A DNA stretch of 64,000 nt from Trypanosoma brucei (Eukaryota). This document shows positions 55,135 to 64,000 of the stretch, piece after piece. The stretch lies in NCBI GenBank assembly GCA_000002445.1, contig CP000070.1:1696001-1760000 (forward strand), in the 5' to 3' direction. A model generated the notes under the pieces. That model did not search any database. It saw only the letters and a program-made list of their open reading frames with translations, and was not told where the DNA came from. The position numbers and the translations under genes were made by a program. Each line of letters opens with the position of its first letter. Within the stretch, counting starts at the first letter, position 1.

Positions 55135-56721
55135 ATGAGTGACAAAGATGATGGTGGTACTTCAAGTCCCATCCCGGTGGTAACATCCCGCGGCACGTGT
55201 GCAGTAAAGTCGGAGTTCCTCCGACCGGCGCCAGTTCGTGTTACGCTCGATACTGAGGGTCGCACAAGAGGGATGAACAAAGGGGCGGAAAGACTTCGCT
55301 GTGACGTTGTTGAAGGCACTCAACGACCTTCTTTGGAAGGGGAGTCCAATTTCTTTCATGGAGAGGTGCTACAACGAATCAAAGCTGTGGTTCGTGGGAA
55401 GAGAAAGGATACGAAGCGCGACCGCCGTGAGGACTGCCAGGCACCTTCTGGGGAAGCTGAGTCAACTGCAGGGAAGGTGAAACATGATGATGAAGAAAGA
55501 GGGACCCCAGCGCTACAGCAAACTAATACAGATGAAAGCCATATTACCGTCAAGAGTGCTGTCGCGAGGGCAAGTAATACCGAAGAATCCATGCGAGAAA
55601 GGAGTGCGCAACACAAGGCACTCTTCAGCAACAAACTCGTCCTAGCGCCACTCACGACAGTGGGGAACCTGCCATTCCGTAGGGTGTGCAAAGAATACGG
55701 AGCGGATATAACAGTAGGTGAAATGGCAATAGTTCATAACCTTAATCGTCTGCAGAAATCTGAGTGGTCCCTATTGCGTCGGCACTCGTCTGAGGATATC
55801 TTCGGTTTGCAGATAGCTGTTTCACGTCCACATGATGCTATTACGTGGGCACAAGCAGTCGAAGAGTCGGGATTTTCCTATGATTTCGTTGATATTAACT
55901 GCGGGTGCCCAGTCGATAAAGTTGTCCTCTCTGGCTGCGGCTGTGGTCTGTGGGAAAGGAAAGGTAACCGCTTGCGAGATGTTGTTCAGTCGCTAGTGGC
56001 ACATCAATCGAAGCCTGTTACCATCAAGTGTCGAATGGGACCCGACGAAGAGAACCCGGAGCTCCACAAGCATATTGCTGATTACGAAACGTGGGGTGCA
56101 GCGGCCGTGACTATTCATGGACGCTCACGCAGGCAGCGGTACACAAAACTAGCGAACTGGTCTTACATCGACAACTGCGCCTCCCTTACGTCATTGCCAG
56201 TAATTGGAAACGGCGACATATTCTCGTGCGAAGATATTGTTGAACATCGCGCGCAGTCCAAGAATGTTAGCTCCTTCATGATTGGCCGAGGAGCTCTTGT
56301 AAAACCCTGGATATTTGAAGAAATAAAGACGGGGCGAGTGTGGGATATTAGCAGTCATGAACGCTTTGAGATGCTGCGCCGGTTCTGCAACTTTGGCCTC
56401 TCGCACTGGGGAGCTGACGAGCGTGGAGTTCTTAATACGCGTCGTTTCTTGTGTGAATGGTTGTCTTTCTTGTGTCGATACGTCCCTGTGGGACTGCTCG
56501 AAAGACCACCACAGCGCATCAACGAGAGACCGCCCTACTACGAAGGACGGGACGAACTCGAAACGCTGATGGCGAGCGATAGTGCCGTCGACTGGATCCG
56601 AATCAGTGAAATGTTGTTGGGGCCAGCAGGTGACAAGTTCAGATTTACGCCAAAGCACAAAAGCAACGCCTATGCCACGGGTGGAAGCCTGGCCGAAGCG
56701 GATATGGATGTTGAGGGTTGA
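55135..56721 (+). CDS. DUS3: tRNA-dihydrouridine synthase, Dus3-like.
   Basis: ATG at 55135. The Dus TIM-barrel motifs LAPLTTVGNLPFRRVCKEYGADITVGEMA, DINCGCP and HGRSRRQRYTKLANW are present. By my recollection the C-terminal block TRRFLCEWLSFLCRYVPVGLLERPPQRINERPPYY...DWIRISEMLLGP matches human DUS3L closely. Confidence 0.85.
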   Translation: MSDKDDGGTSSPIPVVTSRGTCAVKSEFLRPAPVRVTLDTEGRTRGMNKGAERLRCDVVEGTQRPSLEGESNFFHGEVLQRIKAVVRGKRKDTKRDRREDCQAPSGEAESTAGKVKHDDEERGTPALQQTNTDESHITVKSAVARASNTEESMRERSAQHKALFSNKLVLAPLTTVGNLPFRRVCKEYGADITVGEMAIVHNLNRLQKSEWSLLRRHSSEDIFGLQIAVSRPHDAITWAQAVEESGFSYDFVDINCGCPVDKVVLSGCGCGLWERKGNRLRDVVQSLVAHQSKPVTIKCRMGPDEENPELHKHIADYETWGAAAVTIHGRSRRQRYTKLANWSYIDNCASLTSLPVIGNGDIFSCEDIVEHRAQSKNVSSFMIGRGALVKPWIFEEIKTGRVWDISSHERFEMLRRFCNFGLSHWGADERGVLNTRRFLCEWLSFLCRYVPVGLLERPPQRINERPPYYEGRDELETLMASDSAVDWIRISEMLLGPAGDKFRFTPKHKSNAYATGGSLAEADMDVEG

Positions 56722-57201
56722 TAGGGATGGGGAAAACATGGAGAGAGTGCGAGCACGACGTGGTCTTTCGCTTCTCCACTGATGTACCAACTCGACGCAC
56801 AGTGCAATGTGTGCTTGCTTCTACCAGACATCTTCCGGTATTTTATTTTTCTCTACATAGGCCTACGGCTGCCGGCTGTTCATAACGCTCTTTGTGGTAT
56901 CATTACACCTCATTTTGGATAAGCGAGATAAATCAAGGTTTGATAATTTGTTAAGGGAAGCAGAATCGGTAGTGCACCGTGGTTCGTCGATTAAACGCCT
57001 CGGCGCGCACATATACACGCACTGGAAATTATGGCCAGAACTCACCACGCGCTCTCTTGTCCCTTGTAACATTCGGTCATCTCCGTCGTCCCTCCACCTC
57101 AAGTTCAAACAAGGTAAGAATATACTAAGTCGTGCATTCGGGGGCTCCTAACAAAAGACTGTATCCCACCATCTGCGCCTTGTGCCGTACAAACGAGGCG
57201 A

Positions 57202-59739
57202 ATGACCCTCACAGGCAACATCACAACTATATTTTGTGTCCTTGTCATTCTTTGTACCACCGTCGTTAACGCCATTCCGTTAGAGTGGTCTGAGCCACTA
57301 GCCCACAAGTCACCACACCAACGGGTGCTGCAAGAAGACCTTTTGCCGCATGCAAGGTTCGCCCCCACAAACGCTAGCACAACAGCACACACATGCCGTT
57401 CTGGCGTGTACCTTGAATGGTCAACACGCGTAGGGAGCAGCGTGCTTGCAACCCCACGAATTGTGGACCTGAATTACGATGGGAACAAGGAGATACTCGT
57501 GCCAACTTACTCACAGTACATTGAGGCAGTCGATGGTGCAAGCGGTGCAGATATCGCTGGTTTCCCGTTTGTGCACCCAAACATTAAAACATACGCTAGC
57601 CCAATTCCTGTGGATATCCTGGATGACGGCGCGACAGAGTGGCTCGTTGCCATGTACACTGGTGAACTTCTTCTAATCGGCGGGGAAGGGGAAACACGGG
57701 GAGGGGTTAAGGTACCGTCACTTCCCATAAAAAAACGTTGGTTCCACCGGAACATCAGCAATAGCGTCCCGGCGAATGGTACGCTAGCTGAGACACCTGC
57801 CGAAGTTGTGTGGATGCAAGAGACACTCCGCATGAAGCGCGTAAATGATCTAGTATTTCGGGAGCGCCAGCTTAACAGCACTGATGTGATCGGCAGCAGC
57901 AAGCTGAAAGGTCATGACAGCGCTGGGGAAGATGGAAATGGAGAATCTACAGATGATAAAGGCGGGGAAGTGCTGCCACGGAAAACAGTACATGGAGCTG
58001 TTGACCAACGACCACTAAACCAAGAAGATGCTCAGCGGAGGAGGAAAATGGAGAAGATCGACGAAATGTTTGAGTTTCTTGATCCCGAGGACGGAGCTGT
58101 AGAGGATCCAGCGGATGACCCCAACCACCTGGGCAGTGACGTATCGAAAGATCCCCGAGGTATTGGGACTGACGGTTGGCTGAGTGCAGAAGCAAGGGAG
58201 TCCATGGACCTGTTGTACCACCCAGAGCTGTACAAGAGTAGCATCAACTTCGAGGAGGAATACGACCCCTTCAACTCAAATAACCTGCTTAACCCAACCA
58301 ATGTGGCTACTGCCGAAGACGAAGTGGCTGTCGACCCCCATATAATGTCCACGCCCGTCGTTGCAAGCGTCGACGGGAGAGGAGAAACCGATGTCGTGCT
58401 ACATGTCAGCTATTACTTCGACCCTAGGGATTACGAGAGGCGAGGAGTGGAACTTTCACAGGACGGCGCCCAGGTTGATAACTATGTCGCCGACGTCCTT
58501 ATGGTTGTCAATCTGGCGAGGGGAGAAGTGAAGTGGCTGAAGGTGCTTCATCTCACGACGAAGAACGACACAGCGCCGGCCTTCGCCTTTTCATCGCCGA
58601 CGGTTACGAGCATCAATGACAGAAAGCAGCGTGATATTTTCGTCACCACGACGGCAGGGGCTATATTCGGCTTTCAAGGTGACGGAATGCAGTTAAAAGG
58701 GTGGCCAGTGTGGATGAATAGTTCGATCACAGCCTCTGTTTCTGTGGAAGATGTTGATGGTGATGGAGTGGCCGATGTGTGCACCGGTGATGCCCTTGGC
58801 TATGTGGCGTGTTTCACCAAGGAGGGTAAGAAAATATGGAGTAAGCGTTTCTCCGGTGCTGTGGGGGATCATATAGCTTTTGGAGATATAAACGGTGACG
58901 GAGATATGGACATGGCGTTCGGCACTGCCACAGGTTTAATCTACGCCGTGAAGGGGTCTGACGGCTCCCTGCTGCCACAGTTTCCCATAGCAACTGAAGG
59001 TCCTATTGTTGCCTCACCACTGCTTGTTAGGCTCGATAACGCGTCAGATCCCAAGCAAGTAGACGAAAAGGGGTTACACATTATTGTCCCCTCGCACGAT
59101 GGAGTTCTGTACATTGTCAAGGGCACCACTGGCTGTGTAGATGCCATTGATACTGATGAAAAATCGTCCGTGATGGTCCTCGCTGATGATGTGACAGGTA
59201 ACGGCATGCTGGACCTTGTGGTAAGCACACTTAGTGGGAGTATTATGGTGTTCGGGACAGCCACAAAGTTTCACCCATTAAAAGCCTGGCCAAGCAGGGT
59301 AAAGTCGTTGAATGGCTTCACTGCTGCAGAGGGCCACATTGGGGTCTTCATACACCCAAGCAGTCGCGTGCCACGTGACATCCATGGCGACAAATTCTCT
59401 CTCACAGTGACCATTTACGACGACAGGAAGGGAAAAGATACTGGGCAATTGTACAACCTTGCTTTCACCCTTGGGCCGCATGTTTCTTTGGGGAGGTACC
59501 TCTTCGACACCCCTGGAACCTATGCCATCCAGATGCACTCTCCATTGGTGCGCATGTATGGCACGGTGTCCGTTGTCCTGACTTTGCCCGACGGCCAAAT
59601 GTACGAAGATACTTTAGCCCTTAGCTTCAACATGCACTTCCTCGAGAGTGTGAAGTACACATTCCTCATCCCATTTCTGGCGGTGTGGCTTGCGCACTCC
59701 TTTGTCATGGAAAAACATCAGGTACCTCTTACTGGTTAG
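57202..59739 (+). CDS. FG-GAP / integrin-alpha-like repeat protein of the DEX1 (defective in exine formation 1) family, with an N-terminal signal/anchor and a C-terminal transmembrane segment.
   Basis: ATG at 57202. The N-terminus is hydrophobic (ITTIFCVLVILCTTVVNA). Repeated Ca-binding-like FG-GAP blocks follow (DVDGDGVADVCTGD, DINGDGDMDMAFG, DDVTGNGMLDLVV). The C-terminus is hydrophobic (FLIPFLAVWLAHSFV). Confidence 0.7.
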   Translation: MTLTGNITTIFCVLVILCTTVVNAIPLEWSEPLAHKSPHQRVLQEDLLPHARFAPTNASTTAHTCRSGVYLEWSTRVGSSVLATPRIVDLNYDGNKEILVPTYSQYIEAVDGASGADIAGFPFVHPNIKTYASPIPVDILDDGATEWLVAMYTGELLLIGGEGETRGGVKVPSLPIKKRWFHRNISNSVPANGTLAETPAEVVWMQETLRMKRVNDLVFRERQLNSTDVIGSSKLKGHDSAGEDGNGESTDDKGGEVLPRKTVHGAVDQRPLNQEDAQRRRKMEKIDEMFEFLDPEDGAVEDPADDPNHLGSDVSKDPRGIGTDGWLSAEARESMDLLYHPELYKSSINFEEEYDPFNSNNLLNPTNVATAEDEVAVDPHIMSTPVVASVDGRGETDVVLHVSYYFDPRDYERRGVELSQDGAQVDNYVADVLMVVNLARGEVKWLKVLHLTTKNDTAPAFAFSSPTVTSINDRKQRDIFVTTTAGAIFGFQGDGMQLKGWPVWMNSSITASVSVEDVDGDGVADVCTGDALGYVACFTKEGKKIWSKRFSGAVGDHIAFGDINGDGDMDMAFGTATGLIYAVKGSDGSLLPQFPIATEGPIVASPLLVRLDNASDPKQVDEKGLHIIVPSHDGVLYIVKGTTGCVDAIDTDEKSSVMVLADDVTGNGMLDLVVSTLSGSIMVFGTATKFHPLKAWPSRVKSLNGFTAAEGHIGVFIHPSSRVPRDIHGDKFSLTVTIYDDRKGKDTGQLYNLAFTLGPHVSLGRYLFDTPGTYAIQMHSPLVRMYGTVSVVLTLPDGQMYEDTLALSFNMHFLESVKYTFLIPFLAVWLAHSFVMEKHQVPLTG

Positions 59740-60989
59740 TGGTGGGTAGGGATCAGGTCCATTCTGTTCTGGCGATGTCAAGTGAACCTTGACGTGTAGG
59801 TGAAGGTAACATCCTGTTTTCCAGTGGTATGGAAATGGGAGAATGTGGTGAGAAAGCTCCATCTCAGGCTGCGGAAGGAGGAGTGAAAACAGCATTCGTG
59901 CAGTCCATTTGATATTGTTTGAGTGTATTTGGTTGTTAACCGTGCCCCCAACACCTTGAAAGGTCGTGACACACTCTCTCCACCTCTGTTTCGCTGTTTG
60001 CTGGAAGTAGGATTTCCAGCCACTTCTTTTCGTTTTGGAAGAGCACCAATTCTCAGGCAGTAGTGATGTGGAGAATATCCAATGTGCTCCGCCAGCTTCA
60101 AAGGCAGCCACATGCAGACGCACTCGGGTACTCGGCTGCCTTCGCAGGGGCTACAGAGCGGCCGGTCACAGATTACCAAATAGCAACTGCTCCATACTCC
60201 CCAGCGGCCACGCAACTGGCACGCCGGAAGGGGCATTTGGAGCGGCAGAGGAGGTACACAGAAAAAATTAGGATGATCTCCAGCACCGCTCGATTAAAGC
60301 TAAACATGTGCGACAAAGGATGATAAGAAAAGGTGAAGGAAAAGGAGGGTTCCGTATGGACTGGTAGGGAACAAGGATCGTGCTGCCACCAGGTCTGTTA
60401 TTTCCTAATTCCAAAGTGGGTGGTGAGTGCTTTATCTACGTAACAGACGCGGTCCCAACCGCGTCTGCATTGCACTCCACCTTAGGCATGATGTGAGTGG
60501 AGAAAGCGGGCAACGAAGCCCCCCACACCACCAATTTTTTGCGGCTGTGTAGAGATTGCCTCCCACTTGGTTCATTCACGTATATAGTACAGCCGTTTTG
60601 TTCGTTGTCGGTGTCGTTGCCTTTTTTTTTTTCAGTTCGCAGTGGTAGGGCAGGCAGCTTGGCTACTGCCACACACACTGGCCGTTAAGGAGAAGCTCAT
60701 AGAGTGCTGAAAGCAAAAGTAGAGCAAACCATGGCCACGCTACTGCGTAGCGTTTAGTGTCGTGCGAGCATGCGGTGCTACCACCAGTGACTGAACCGGG
60801 CTTTCTCTGGGCTTGACAGCGCGTTATCTGCATGCCTCTACCCTGTCCCACACTTCTTCCGCGTTTTGTGAACGCTTCCCTCTTATGCATCGAGCGCACA
60901 TTAAAAGACGAAGCATAATAATATATATATATATATATATATATATCCTAGGCATAGTGAAGGAGTGCTCCTTATCATCCGATCAAACA

Positions 60990-62108
60990 ATGAGCGCCAA
61001 CACTCAGCGAATGCTCGCACTGGGAATTGAAGGAAGCGCGAACAAAATTGCGGTTGGTATTGTGGATAGGAACGGAAACGTATTGTCGAATGAGCGTGAA
61101 ACTTATATAACCCCGCCCGGAACGGGGTTCATGCCACGGGAAACAGCACAGCACCACACAGCCCATATTCTGCGACTCGTACAGGCGGCCATGAAAGCGG
61201 CGAAAGTTCATGCCTCTGATATAAGCGTTATATGCTACACCAAAGGCCCTGGAATGGGGGCCCCACTAGCGGTGGGTTGCACCGTCGCCAAGACGCTCTC
61301 GCTCCTGTGGTCAGTCCCTTTGGTCGGGGTGAATCACTGCATAGGGCATATAGAAATGGGCCGTGTCGTTACAGGGAGTGAGAATCCTATAGTGCTCTAT
61401 GTGAGCGGCGGTAACACGCAAGTGATTGCATACGCAGAACATCGCTACCGCATTTTTGGCGAGACGATCGATATTGCGGTGGGGAACTGCCTGGATCGAG
61501 TAGCCCGCCTCTTAAATCTATCCAACGATCCGGCGCCAGGCTACAATATTGAGCAATGCGCGAAACGCGGCCGCGTTTTCATCGAACTTCCGTACGTTGT
61601 TAAAGGTATGGACATGTCATTCAGTGGGTTGCTTTCCTTCGTAGAGGCGCTCCTGCATCACCCCTTGTTTCTGGACAAGGAGAAATGCGCCCCATCATCC
61701 GCATCGTCTCCTTCCACCGGCCAACGCCGCGCCTTACCGAGTGGCGTACAGAGCGCTGTGGCAGAACAATTCGGCATCGATGACATCTGCTACTCCCTGC
61801 AAGAAATAATGTTTGCCGTGTTGGCGGAGGTGACGGAACGCGCCATGGCGCAGTGTTCTTCCAACGAGGTACTTATCGTTGGTGGTGTCGGATGCAACGT
61901 TCGGTTGCAAGAAATGATGCGACAAATGGCGGAGTCACGTGGGGGGCGCTGCTTTGATATGGATGCCCGGTATTGTATCGACAACGGGTGCATGATTGCT
62001 TATGCAGGAATGCTGGAATTCACGGCAGGCGGATTCACGCCGCTCTCGAGTGCAACGATTACCCAGAGGTTCCGCACCGATGAAATCAACGTAGTGTGGC
62101 GCACTTAA
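60990..62108 (+). CDS. KAE1: Kae1/OSGEP, the tRNA N6-adenosine threonylcarbamoyltransferase of the KEOPS complex.
   Basis: [50 protein letters not shown] and [14 protein letters not shown] are present. By my recollection the whole length aligns with human OSGEP. The track start 60813 is TTG, and its extension reads through a (TA)n microsatellite. The first ATG that gives the conserved N-terminus is 60990 ([15 protein letters not shown]...). Confidence 0.9.
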   Translation: MSANTQRMLALGIEGSANKIAVGIVDRNGNVLSNERETYITPPGTGFMPRETAQHHTAHILRLVQAAMKAAKVHASDISVICYTKGPGMGAPLAVGCTVAKTLSLLWSVPLVGVNHCIGHIEMGRVVTGSENPIVLYVSGGNTQVIAYAEHRYRIFGETIDIAVGNCLDRVARLLNLSNDPAPGYNIEQCAKRGRVFIELPYVVKGMDMSFSGLLSFVEALLHHPLFLDKEKCAPSSASSPSTGQRRALPSGVQSAVAEQFGIDDICYSLQEIMFAVLAEVTERAMAQCSSNEVLIVGGVGCNVRLQEMMRQMAESRGGRCFDMDARYCIDNGCMIAYAGMLEFTAGGFTPLSSATITQRFRTDEINVVWRT

Positions 62109-62786
62109 TTTTTTCCGCTGAGGTTCTAAACTGAACAGGGCAATGAGGTGATGAGCGAGTGATCGCCCCCGCGTGTCGGTCACACGATACTGGAACACGT
62201 ACAGTGGGTTTCACCAGCGACTTCGTCTCTGCATGTCCCCTCCTCCTTGGCGCGGCCATTTCCACCACTGTAAACTTCCTTTCTTTGGGCAAAGACATCT
62301 CCCAGGCTGCAACCAAAGTTAGGCCCACGAATTTGATGCTTAAGGGTTTAGTTGATGTATGGAGTTGGCAATGGACACCATAGGAGAGGAAAGAGCGTTG
62401 AGTGCACAAGAGATGTTCCCAATCGGCGCTTCCCCACCTTCGCCGCGCACATTCAGTTTGCCATTTGACCAACACGCACCTAAAGAATCGATTCAAAAGA
62501 GTCGCCCTGAGCAATCTACTCCCGGCAGGAAGGGAGCCAAATCTTCTAACCGAATGTGGCCCACGGCTGTGCTGGGGCTTCTTCGCCGGAGCACAGCTGT
62601 TGCGAGTGACAGCAGCACCCTTAATCTGGAACAAGCTCAAACGATGAACACTGCGTGGTGTTTGTGTTAGTTTAGTCAACAGTAGTTGTTCCGAAGCATG
62701 GCGTACGTTGCTTCGGTTTCCCGTCCCCTGTTTCACGAGTTAGGTTTGGAATATAGGGAAGCCTTCCCGCCCAAACGTTCCCGACA

Positions 62787-62877
<91 letters not shown>
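62787..62877. repeat. (GT)n/(CA)n dinucleotide microsatellite of about 45 units.
   Basis: An uninterrupted GT run of about 90 nt is visible in the sequence between Kae1 and the next plus-strand CDS. Confidence 0.95.
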
Positions 62878-62879
<2 letters not shown>

Positions 62880-63149
62880 CGTGTACTTGAGATATTAATA
62901 ATTCCCAATCTATGCACACTGCCAACACCGACCTGACGCTAAAAGGATGGGTAAAGCGATGAGAAAGCACTGTTGGTCCTTTCGCTCAGTGTCTCCCCTT
63001 TTGTTGGGAAAAAAAACTTGGTGCGCTGCCGTGTTGACGCATGGCTGGGTCGTCTGTCATGAATTCTACTTGCCCCGAAGTAGTACGCCTTCCTGTTTTT
63101 CAACCTTTTCGGTGCCTCTATTTTAAACGTGTAAACCCGGTTAGAAAAA

Positions 63150-64000
63150 ATGAATCAAAGCCCGTTTGATCACCCACGTAGTTGTCACGGAAAAGAAGTC
63201 GGGTCGGCCTCTGATACAGCGGCCCGCTCGGCATGCACTCGGTGCCGGGGGGCCGCTACCCATGGGTTTGCCGTTGGCGAAACCGTCTATGCTCCTAAAC
63301 GAAGTGAAGGCAAACCTTTACGCTATGCATTGGCTGAGGTCACAGGGATTCAAGCAACCGCCAGAACAGTAACAGTTAGCTTCCTGGGCACCGAACCTGG
63401 GGTCGACGACGAAGCGGTTCCGTTTTACACAGTGGTGCCGTCCCCGGGTGAGGTGATTCCAACAGTTGACAACACAAACGGCGGCGCGTATTTTTCCCCT
63501 TTTAGAAGGGTTGGGAAAAGTGGTGCAGGTGCGGGATCTACGTTAAACCCGCCTCGGGGTAAAGGTGGTAAAACGCGAGTGGACCCTGCGAAAAATAGCA
63601 ACGACAATGAACTTAGCGGCGTAGAGGTATGCAGGCGCAACGCTGAGGCGCCGGAAAGAGGAATACCCACACTCTGCCAACTCGCCGAAGCGTTCCCCAG
63701 TGACGTGCAACAAAGGAACGGCTGGCGTGTGCTTTGTGTTCCTCACCACCACGACGAGAGCTTCAACGCATTCTCCGCACGTGCATTTGGTGCCGCCTGC
63801 CTTACAATGAATGGGTGCTTGAAGAGCGCTCCCCGCACCACGGGAGGGTGGGTAGTGCTTTCTGTGTTCACGACGTACGACAGCCTGCATCACTTCGATG
63901 TTTATATGACTCTTCGTGGATACCGAGTGTGCCTCGCTGATGGAACCGTACACCCCACAGGTTTCCGCGGTGGGCCAGCGGTTAGCAGCATACAATATGA
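63150..64000 (+). CDS. Partial CDS whose C-terminus lies beyond the window end, encoding a hypothetical protein with a possible small beta-barrel (Tudor/KOW-like) N-terminal region.
   Basis: ATG at 63150. The coordinate = 0 (mod 3) frame stays open to 64000 in my hand translation (MNQSPFDHPRSCHGKEVG...GFAVGETVYAPKRSEGKPLRYALAEVTGIQATARTVTVSFLG...WRVLCVPHHHDESF...). The track lists no ORF in that frame. My reading of the printed sequence near 63240 differs by one C from what the track ORF 63166..63372 implies; I took the track as authoritative. Codon usage is GC3-rich. Confidence 0.5.
   Translation, partial: MNQSPFDHPRSCHGKEVGSASDTAARSACTRCRGAATHGFAVGETVYAPKRSEGKPLRYALAEVTGIQATARTVTVSFLGTEPGVDDEAVPFYTVVPSPGEVIPTVDNTNGGAYFSPFRRVGKSGAGAGSTLNPPRGKGGKTRVDPAKNSNDNELSGVEVCRRNAEAPERGIPTLCQLAEAFPSDVQQRNGWRVLCVPHHHDESFNAFSARAFGAACLTMNGCLKSAPRTTGGWVVLSVFTTYDSLHHFDVYMTLRGYRVCLADGTVHPTGFRGGPAVSSIQY

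Noticed and set aside
60813-60989. N-terminal 59-aa extension of the Kae1 track ORF.
   Set aside because: It starts at TTG and translates a (TA)n repeat as [12 protein letters not shown]. The conserved Kae1 N-terminus ([13 protein letters not shown]) begins at ATG 60990.
62787-62877. Possible CRISPR-like or spacer-repeat structure.
   Set aside because: This is a pure dinucleotide microsatellite with no repeat-spacer periodicity. The whole window is eukaryotic, so no CRISPR array is expected or seen.
1-64000. Interpretation as a prokaryotic operon or defence island.
   Set aside because: The gene content is eukaryotic: histone H2A.Z, Polo-like kinase, a kinesin, complex I subunit NDUFV2, a SNARE and others. 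Genes have GC3-biased codons, sit in long same-strand arrays and are separated by polypyrimidine-rich spacers. There are no Shine-Dalgarno or operon features. This is a kinetoplastid polycistronic architecture.

Overview
The window is eukaryotic and kinetoplastid-like, most resembling the Trypanosoma brucei group. It contains about 22 intron-less protein-coding genes in two head-to-head polycistronic arrays. Seventeen CDSs lie on the minus strand from position 1 to about 50.8 kb, and five lie on the plus strand from about 52.3 kb to the end. The arrays are separated by a roughly 1.4 kb divergent strand-switch region (dSSR). The inter-CDS DNA is AT-rich and low-complexity, with polypyrimidine tracts and (TA)n, (CA)n, (GT)n, (GTT)n and (TGTTT)n microsatellites.

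The products I can recognise from the sequence are: an EMC2-like TPR protein (truncated at the window start), peptidase T (M20B), a CFAP206-like protein, a kinesin, a WD40 protein with an N-terminal MGC acylation motif, Polo-like kinase, a BTB/RCC1 protein, NDUFV2, variant histone H2A.Z, a RING/PHD-like protein, an Sm-fold protein, a 1456-aa protein with a dsRBD, a small secreted protein, a tail-anchored SNARE, DUS3, a DEX1-like FG-GAP protein, Kae1/OSGEP, and a further plus-strand CDS truncated at the window end. The gene content and order (PLK ... NDUFV2, H2A.Z ... dSSR) match what I recall of the T. brucei chromosome 7 PLK/H2AZ locus, but that is recollection and not a computed result.

I found no rRNA or tRNA genes, no CRISPR array and no prokaryote-type mobile or defence element.

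Two things about the supplied ORF track matter. First, it treats TTG, GTG and CTG as starts and prints them as M, so several N-termini are over-extended; I re-set those starts to the first in-frame ATG. Second, it omits ORFs that run off the window edges, and I added both.

I did not find a discrete new biological system. The hunt section lists the loci I consider worth follow-up.
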